64,000 bases of DNA from Hyphochytrium catenoides (lineage: Eukaryota; Protista; Hyphochytriomycota), in NCBI GenBank assembly GCA_900088475.1, contig FLMG01004535.1:1-64000 (forward strand), in the 5' to 3' direction. The notes beneath the pieces are model-generated. The model searched no databases and was not told the DNA's origin. It saw only the letters and a program-made list of their open reading frames with translations. A program made the translations under genes and the position numbers. Shown here in pieces: positions 51,093-60,151 of this stretch (positions within the stretch are counted from its first letter, which is position 1; each line of letters starts with the position of its first letter).

Positions 51093-54000
51093 ATGGCTGC
51101 CGCGGAGGAGAGAAACGCAAGCGGAACAGGGGAAAGCATGTCTCTTTCGCCCTCTCCTTCTCCTGCCTTCACTTTCCTCCTCATCCACGAGGATGCGGCA
51201 GTACGGCACGAGCTGGAAGATCGTCTATCGTCTCTTCAGGGCGGAACAGGTAACACCATTGACGAGATTGCCCGTTGCGTGGTTGCAACCTTTCTTTCTC
51301 AGTTACATTATCTCCCTGCCCTGCTTTCAGTTCATTTGTTCCACTCCGGGCGAGAGGCTGTGGTCTATCTACTGGGCTCTGGCACCAAGGAAAGAGAGAG
51401 CCAAGCGGAGGAGGAGGTGCTGAGAACTGTCCTCTTCATCTCTCCAAGCATCAGTAAACTGGACGCCCTCACCACGCTTAGGGCCTTGCAGGACTCGCTC
51501 AAGCCTCTTGTTGACTATGTGGCTGGTAAGGCTCCCCTCAACCTTATCTCTCCTCTATCTCTCTCCCATTCTCTCTCCTACTCCTCTCTTACACCCTTTC
51601 CGCTTGTTTCTCTCTTTTCCTGTCTCTCTCGCCCTCTCTGTCTGACTCGGTCTCTCAATCTCGACGCTGCCTTTTGTCTCTGTTCTCCTCATCCGTTCTC
51701 TCTATTACCTACTGTTTCTCTTCTTCTTCCTTGATGGCTCTATGTAGCTCTGGTCCTGGTGTCTCTCTCAACTTCCCTACCCCTTTGTGGGCCTCTTGGT
51801 CTTCTCGATACCTCGTCTCTCTCTACCCATTTCCTCCTTCCGTTCTTGGTGCTCTGAGTCCTTATACTCTTACCCTCCCATNNNNNNNNNNNNNNNNNNN
51901 NNNNNNNNNNNNNNNNNNNNNNNNNNNNNNNNNNNNNNNNNNNNNNNNNNNNNNNNNCTCTCTCCTCACTCTCTCACACGCCCTCTCTCTCTCTCCCTCT
52001 GTCTTCTCTTCCCCATCATCTATCTCCATCGCTGTCTTTCTATCTCTTCGGTTGTTAGTGCTCGCTGATCAGCCTGTGCCACGGATCTTCATGCAATGTC
52101 TGAGCGAGAGACTGCTTATCGTTCCTGCCAGACCCTCAGTAGAAGACCTTCGCCGGCTTCTCTCTTCGTTTTCGTCTCGACCTCTACCCTCTTCATCTCC
52201 AAACTCTCCTCGCCAGAGTCGTGAGAAAGAAAGCAAGAAAGAGAAGAGTCTTTCGGGTGACGAGCCAGTAACAGACAAGGGCGGTGGGGATGGAATAGCT
52301 GAGTCCACAGCAGAGGAGAAGCCAAGAGGGGAGAGAAGGGAGAAGGAGAGAGAAAAAGCTTTTACCTCTTCTCCTTCCCTTTCTCCCGTCGTACGTTTGG
52401 ATCAGATGGAGCTCTTCGCTTCGATGATGAGCAAGACTGTTACCTTCTCTTGGAGGTCTGACCTTGATCGCCTAGGGATCGGAGGAGACTTGGCCGGCCT
52501 GCTAGGGTATCAATCAGTAGGAGAGAGAAGGCAAGGACAAAGAGGAGAGAGAGACAGTCATACCTCAGGACTGGTTCCTCTTTCTCCTGCCCAAAATACG
52601 GATGGCACTATTATGAGGACAGAAAGCAGAGGAGATCGGAGTCTCACATTGGAGGCATGGTTATCCCTAGTAGGGCCGGGAGACAGAGAGAGCGTGCGAA
52701 GAACTTTTCACTCCTTTGCCTCGCTCTGTTCCGCTGAGAAAGATCGCGATGAGGAAATGGGAAGGACAAACGGAGTAACACTGCAGAGAAAGCGAAAGGA
52801 GCTTCTTCTGTACTATCAGATGCAGTGCAGAGACGGCTCTTGGATAGATGTGCGGCACACCTGCCAAGCCGGTTACTTCCAAGAGGGAGAGGAGGAAGGA
52901 GAGACAAAAGAGAGCGATAAGCATCGGGCTCCTTTCCTTTTTGGACTGGTCACGCACTATTCTGCAGGTTTCACGGTCGTGAGCCCCTTCTCTCCTCCTC
53001 TTCCAGGAGGCGAGATGCCTGGGTTGGAAGTAGCGGAGGAGAAAGGCTCAGTCAACTCTCTCAGCTCCCGGCATCTTCCATCTCTTCCTCCTCCTACTGC
53101 GGTGACTGGAAGAGAAACAGAGACACCCGAGACAAGAGGAGGAGAGGGATATGGCACTCTCTCCCTGAAGCTGCATGAGATGATTGTCCCTCGCCTAGAG
53201 TCTACCCTCCTCCTGCTCTCTTCCCCTGATGGGGCGATCCTAGAGATCGTAGCCAACAATGTAAGGGCGGTCGCGTTGTACTTCTCTTTGGGAAAGCTTT
53301 TGCACAGAAGTTCTCTGCTTTTCGCTGTCCTTTGTCTTCCCTAGCCCAGCCGCTTTGTTTCGCGAGTGCTTCTTATACCGCTTTCTCGCCTCATCTCTCA
53401 CTATTTTCTCTTCTGTTTTCTCTCTCTCTCCTCCGAATCCGTGTCCTATTTTCTCCCTTTTCTTTCTTTGTCACTCTCCTTCTTTCTTATCTGTTTCTCT
53501 CTTCCTCTCACATATACACATACTCTGTCTCTCTTACGCACACTCTCACTTTTCTCTCTCTCTGTCTGTCTCGCTCTCTCTATGTTTCCCGACAGATGAG
53601 TCCATTGCCTCGCTTTTCCCTCCGCACTCCATTGCAGTCCCACGCCTTCTGGCAGGGATTCCGAAGCACCTGCGAGGAAGCTGTCAGAGAAGCCAGCAGA
53701 GGTATCTCCGCTAAGTTCACCGTCCCCATCGACCCTGCAGCCAAAGCAGCCGCAGACAGCGGAGTGAAAGAAGAAGCGCAACAGCCTCCTGGCGTCTCCT
53801 CATCTTCTACTTTCTCTCAGATGGAGTCTCCGTCGCCCCATGGTGTTGCCCAAGAGAACCCCGTGTCCTATATAACCTGCGTGATAAAGCCACTGCTGCA
53901 TGATCAGTGGGACACTGTCCGCGTCCTTCTCGCAGAGATGAAGGACGTGACAGATGTTGCCCTTTCAGGCCCGTCATTCTCTCTTCAGTCCACCACTTAC

Positions 54001-57000
54001 GATGCCCGAGGGCATATGAGAGGTGGAGGCGACAGTGAGAGAGAAGAAGCAAGAGAGAGAGATGAGCTGATGAACAGTGAGAGTGGACAGAGCCTCTTGA
54101 CAAGCAGCTTTTCTTCGTCTTACTCCTCGCCCTCTTCCTTCTCTTCTCCTTCCATCTTGGGCTCTCACGTACTCCCTCGGGCAAGCTCGAGAGAGAGAGA
54201 GCGGAGCACTCTTCCTCTTCTCCCTCCGTCCAGCAGAAGCCCAGTGCGCCTCCTGGGAAAGAGAAAGATTGCCAGTAAAGAGCCAGAGGGAGAGGGTCGA
54301 AAGAAAGTCACAGAGGACAAGGTAAGGCGCCATCTCTTCCTCTTCATCCCTCTCTTCTTGTCCAATCCTGCTCAGGGCCAATGGTTTCCTTATTCACAGA
54401 TTCTCTCCGGGCTTCTTCGGTACTTCTTTCTATCTTTTTCTTCTTCCTGTCCTTGACTGACCAACCCTTTGTGCTGATCATAGAATGGCTCGCTCTGTCT
54501 GCCTCTCTATTACACTCTTTCTCTACAGCATCCACCCAGTGCCGCAAGCAACGAAGCTCCTTCAAGTCTTCCGTCCGAGCGGCATCAGTCTCTGCCTGGC
54601 ATTATCTGTCTAGAGCAGCTTCTCTCCTCAGTTCCGCCAGATGTCTCTCTTCATTTCCTGTCTTTCCTCCCTGCAGCCTCCCTTTGTGCCCTATCTCAGA
54701 CATGCAGCCGATGGAGAGTCATGCCCGACAGTCTATGGGCTTCTCTTCTGATCAAAAGATGGCGACCACCCGCTTCTTCTCTCTCTCTATGGTCAGCTGA
54801 TATTCCCACGTCGCCACCAAGAGAAAGAAGTGAAGAGAGAAGTAACTCTTCATCTTCATCTTCGGTGTGGAGTGGCGCAAGAGATGAGCCTGATGGAGAA
54901 GGAAGAAGAGACCGAGGACGAGGACGGCCTCCTGTCCATACTATGGTGGGAGGAGAACGAGTGAATGGAGGGGCAAAGAGGCTTCTCCCCGTAGTCAGAG
55001 AGAGAAGAGACAAGCGCTGGAAGCTCCTCTCTGGACTGCACGATAGCCTCCTTCCCCGTGCAAAACTGCGGTATAAAATGTTAGCATCGTCGGAGGCAAA
55101 TTGGCGCAAGGGCAAAGTATCAATCAAGCATTTAGTAGAGGGCAGCCACACGCGGGCTGTCCTTAATGTGCATCTTATAGAGCGGGGAGAAGGAGAGGGA
55201 GAGCTACTTTTAGGAGAGAGAAGGGGTAGGGAAAGGAGAGGCTGGACGCAGAGAGTACTTAGCGCAGGACTGGATGGCTGTGTAAAGCTATGGGACATGT
55301 CATCGGGCTCTCTCCTCCGTACCTTATGGCCCAACGGTCCAGTGATGGACGTGGAAGACGGATCTCAGGGCCTTCTATCTTCTCTCATCATTCCTGGGCT
55401 CCAGGGAGAACATAGGCTGCTGGGCCAGGGTGTATACCTCTTGACAGGTGAGATGTAGGGCTCATTGTTGAGAGTTCTCTCTCTCTCTCTCTGTGTGTAT
55501 GGCTGCCTCTGTCTTCCTTTGCGTCGTTTCTGACTCCTTTCTCCTTTCGCCTATAGTTTGATACATTTGCCTACCTTTCGTCCATGGATCTTGGCTTGCC
55601 CATCTTTCCCCGTTGTCTCTGCCTTACGTTCGTCGCTGTTTTCCCCGCGTAAGGCAACCGTCAAGGCATCCTAAGTGTCATGAACTTATGGACGGGCTCC
55701 TCTGTGGATGGCCGCCTGCCAGCATGGGCAGGAGACCGACGGCGCTCCAACTTGTGGCTGGGTCTTGAGCCTACTCTCTCAGGAGACAGGGTGCTTGCTT
55801 ACTCTGCGGATGGGCCAGCAGGACCGGGAGACGGCCAGCTCGTGTTGGAGTTCCAGCTGAGCTACGGCGAAGAGGAGGAACCTTTCCAACAAAGAGCAGC
55901 TGGAGGAAGAAGAGGCAGAGTGGGCAATGGAAGAGTTCTCTCGTCATTTTCTCCTCGCCATCCCGAGAGAGAGGATCAGGAGAGAGAAGTCACGCCCTCC
56001 CGCTTGATCTCTACCCCTCCACCGTCTTTCTCTCGTGGGACAGGGACTGCAACGGCCTCTTCTTCCTCCTCCAGCGCATCTTCTGCTGCGTCTTTCGCTT
56101 CCTCTTCCTCTTCAATCTCTTCCACCTCAACCAATAATGGGTTGGGAATCCGTCTCGCTCGCGTCTACGAAGTCGCCGATGAAGCTTCATCTGTCTCTTC
56201 CGCTATTTATAACCCTCAGGGTTCTCTCATGGCTGCTGTTACTAGTGACGGTGCAGTGATGCTTTGGGACTGTGACTTGGGAGGAAGACCAGGCACCTCT
56301 CCTACCTCTGTCTTCTTTTCGGGCTCCTCTCCTCTCCCTTCTCAGGGGCCACTAAGGACTCTTAGACCCCCTACGCCTCTTGTCCGACATCCTCTCCTTC
56401 TCACAGAAGATGAAGACGCCGCTGCAATTCCTGGAGGCAGGAGGAGGCATGGCCATTGGGCTGTTCACTTCCAGCGTTCCGAGCCTTCTTGTCTTCTGTT
56501 CTCTGGTGGCGAAGATCGAATCGTTCGCATGTGGGATCTGCGCTCTTCCTCGGGTGAGGCTATGAGGCTTAGTCATGGCCATGCAGATGGCATCACCAGC
56601 ATAAGCAGCTACGGCTGTGCACAGGTAATGAGCGGCCTCTATCTCTTTATCACTCTCGCCGCTTATCCAGTTCATCTAGTGCGCAGGATCTTAGTCTTGG
56701 TTCCTCTCTCCGCTCTCTTCCTTCTGTGGCTCTATCTTCCTGGCTGTATCTTCATCAATATTCCAATATCTGATGCTCCTTGTAAGTTGGCAAACTTTGC
56801 CTTCCTACCCCTCCTCTTGGTATAACGCGTTATCTTCCTTTGTCACTTACACTCTTCTTTCTCTCAGTTGATGACAGGAGATGCCAGTGGTGCAATTGTC
56901 CATTGGGATCTTCGCGTCGGAGGCACCAAACTGCATAGGAACAGAGACCATGGAGGAGGAGCAATTAGAGCTCTGGACGCCAATGGCACCTCAGTGGTTA

Positions 57001-57041
57001 GTGGAACTGACAGAGGAGGAGTGAGAGTGTGGAGCTATTAG
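51093..57041 (+). CDS. Pseudo-receiver / PAS / PAS / F-box / WD40 multidomain protein (about 1447 aa)
   Basis: Exons 51093-51249, 51331-51525, 52059-53260, 53596-54321, 54529-55447, 55654-56624 and 56868-57041 are all GT-AG and phase-compatible (4344 nt). F-box: LLSSVPPDVSLHFLSFLPAASLCALSQTCSRWRVMPDSLW. WD repeats: VLSAGLDGCVKLWD, AAVTSDGAVMLWD, LFSGGEDRIVRMWDLR, LMTGDASGAIVHWDLR, VVSGTDRGGVRVW. PAS motifs: WLSLVGPGDRESV, YQMQCRDGSWIDV, IKPLLHDQWDTVRVLLAEMKDVT. Confidence 0.85.
51882..51957. other. Assembly gap (N run) inside intron 2 of the PAS/F-box gene
   Basis: Run of n within a CT-rich intron. Confidence 1.
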
Positions 57042-58824
57042 CAAACAGAGTGCAGGAGAGACATGAGCAATGGTTCGTCTGGTACAGATTATGGGTAGGG
57101 CACCTCTGGCAGTCAGCCTTATTAGCACGAACTTGCGACTGGAATGGTTGCTCTCACTCTTCTTCCTTCGCTCGGCTTCTAGAGGCATTACTTCCTCTCT
57201 TCTTCAAAACCTACGTTCCCTTGCTCATCTGGTAATAGTTCTTTTCTGTCCTTTCTTCTTCTTCTTTGCTTGCTTTCCTCTCTCTCTCTCTCTTCGTCTC
57301 CCAGAGAGTCCTACCTATGCTGATGCATCTTCAGATGCCACTAAATATCCGCTACACATAAACCTGAATCCTTCCTAAGAGACCACGACGACGGCGTGAG
57401 CAATAGCAAGAATAGAACAAGGAAGAAGATCCATTACCCTGGGGAAAGAAGGATGGGAGAATAGAGAGACTCGGTAGGAGGGTTGACGGAAGGAGGCAAT
57501 AGGAAAGGAGAAGATGGCGAAGGGAGGGGATAAGTACGACTAGGGAGGTGGCCCAGAGCTGGTGCTTTGGGAAGAGCAAAGGCTATGGAGGAGAACATAA
57601 GCCCTCTCAGAAATGGCCGCGGTACTCACGGATTAGGGAACAAAACAATGTCGGGCCTGAGTCCTTGCATTCAGCCGTTCGCCTCCCTGACAAACAAAAC
57701 TGAGACCAAGAATTGCGTCTGGCGAGAGATCGATTCGCCATATGACTTAGATGTAGGTTGTGAGCAAGTACATTGAAGAAAGAGATCAAGAATATATTTG
57801 GTTTGTTGGGCAGTGCCGCCTTCCTTCTGCTTTTGTCCTGCACACGGTTGTTTTTGCATTCTACTTCTGGATCCTTTCTTGCCTAGCCCTAGTCATATGT
57901 CGGGCAACTTGTGAGCTATATAGTACCGCCTTCTCTCTTTCTTAAGCAGAATAAGCAGGCTTGATGGCTTTTAGAGATGGGATGGACGTCGAGAGTCCGA
58001 ATAAGCTGGAAGATCGAACTAATGATATGAGTTCCTAAGCCCAGAAACTCGCCTTAGCTTCTCCCTCATCGCGATACAGTAACTTATCTTCCCTCTGATA
58101 GTCAAAGACAGCGTCTTTCACTTTAACTCCGCTTTGCCCCTGGCCTGACCTGCACTGAAGATACCGCTCATGGCGCTGATCAACGACACCAGACGCCGCA
58201 CTCTAGACGATTTTTGAAGACTCGATGAAGACTCGACGAAGATGCAGATGAAGCTTGAGACTTGAGATGAAGATTTTTTTGCTTCTTTGCGTTGTTGTCT
58301 GTAGGATGGTGTACAACGTAAAGCGCAATGTGTACTGCACAATACAACAACATCGAACAGAGTTCGTCTATTGTTCCTCTGTGCGTAGTACATGTTACAG
58401 TATGTGCGTTCTATCTAAAAGTGTGCTCTAAATACAGGTCGTTAGCGGAAGCTGCGGGTTTCTTTGACTGTCTTACTACTTACAGCTGCTCGCTTTGTGC
58501 AATACTAAAAAAAGGGATTTTGTGGGCGAAAGAGCACAAGCCGGCGAAGGTATTATTACAGCCCATAGAGTCTCTGTGCTAAGGCGGAATATCTTCAGAT
58601 CATTGGAAGTGAAAGGAGGGCAGGCGGCGCTGGCATGACGATGACCAGCCAGGCTCTCAGCCCGATCTCAAGCTCCGTCCACGCATCTGAAGCTGCGGAT
58701 TCATCTTGTTTCGGACCCCAGAGCACCACGGAGTCTTAAAAATTGATTCAAGGTAAGGAAGGCTGTGATTGGATTGTTATGTTTTGGGGTCGGGTGCTGA
58801 TGCCATAGCTGTCGCTTCCCGTAG

Positions 58825-59242
58825 ATGCGTCACGTAGCTGCTTATATGCTCGCCGTCCTTGCTGGCAACGCCCAGCCCAGCCAGAAGGATGTCAAGAAGA
58901 TCTTGGGATCTGTAGGCATCGATGCTGATGATGAGGCTCTCGAGAGACTTTTCGCTGAGCTTTCTGAGAAGGTGGGTGATTGATATCTCTTTGTAAGTTA
59001 TTACCAGGGAACTGATCAAGCGTGCTCGCTTGCAGAGCGTAGATGAACTCATTGCTGCCGGCTCCAAGAAGCTGGCTTCTTTCGGAGCTGGAGGAGGTGG
59101 TGCTGCTGCTGCTGGCGGTGCTGCTGCTGCTGGTGGTGAGGCTGCCCCTGCTGCAAAGGAGGACAAGAAGGAGGAAGAAGAGGAGGAAGCCGATCTTGGC
59201 GGCGGTATGGATATGTTCGGTGGCGGAGGCGATGATTACTAA
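58825..59242 (+). CDS. RPLP2: 60S acidic ribosomal protein P2
   Basis: Exons 58825-58971 and 59036-59242: MRHVAAYMLAVLAGNAQPSQKDVKKILGSVGIDADDEALERLFAELSEK|SVDELIAAGSKKLAS, then an Ala/Gly hinge and KKEEEEEEADLGGGMDMFGGGGDDY. A 5'UTR intron 58753-58824 abuts the ATG. Confidence 0.97.
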
Positions 59243-60151
59243 GCTGTGGCGCTCTACCGGACTCTATTATCTAAGGCACTCATTGCCATTTAATGATGCT
59301 CTCCTTCCTCGTCTCTCTGCTCCACGAGTCGTTAATGACCGCTGATCTTTGCTATTTAAGGTAAACAGCTCATGCCAAAAGTTCCAGGACGTCACATCCT
59401 CCCGTCCTCTTTACCTTGGGGGAAGGTCGTTTAGCATGTATCGAAGCCGAGATAGCCCTCATATTATGGCTCTTCTCGGTCAAAATTCATGCAACATTAC
59501 CTGTGTATTCACTTTTGTGAGTGAAACGCAGTCCACGGGTGCCAGGAGTTCATATTTTTGGTTGGCTTTCTGGCAATCAGTGTACGTACATGTCATTCCA
59601 CTTCCCCGTTTCGTGCGTCTGCTGGCGTATTGCACCGGAAGTACTTGATCTTTCCAGCACTTGGCTCAGCGGGAGTGTGGTTAGCTAGCTTGCTTCATGA
59701 TAACACGACGCGGAGAGGTTATCCATTCCTTGACGACTGGTTTGCACAGGCGCAAGCGTGACAGCTTGGTGAGATTGTAATCGGGCCTAATCCTTGTAAT
59801 AGAATCACTTGAAAGCTAAAATCGATGACCTTCCATGCCTCTCTCTTCGAAGCTGTCTCACGTGCAAACGTGGCAAGAGCTCGTTAAAGTACAGCTCCAT
59901 AGCCTCATTAGTTAAAACCAGTACTATCTAGCTGCCATGCATCTATGGGGCTAAGGGCTTGGATGGTGGCATAATTCGACAGCAAGATGTCATGGTATTG
60001 AGAAGGGATAGCTCTAAGGACCTTCTCTGACCAGCGGCTGGAGCTAATGATGATAGACAAAATACTACGTCAAAGAACACCAAATCTTTTTTTAGTTGAG
60101 AATAGTAATGCCGAACTGAGGCTAACGAGCCTCTGTAGAGGCAGCTAAGGC

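Noticed and set aside
52406-53955. LOV photoreceptor / ZEITLUPE orthologue
   Set aside because: There is no NCRFLQ flavin-adduct motif, and the propeller is WD40 rather than Kelch. The resemblance is architectural only.
58972-59035. Intronic box C/D snoRNA in RPLP2
   Set aside because: The intron is only 64 nt, the C box is imperfect, and the CTGA is better explained as the branch site.
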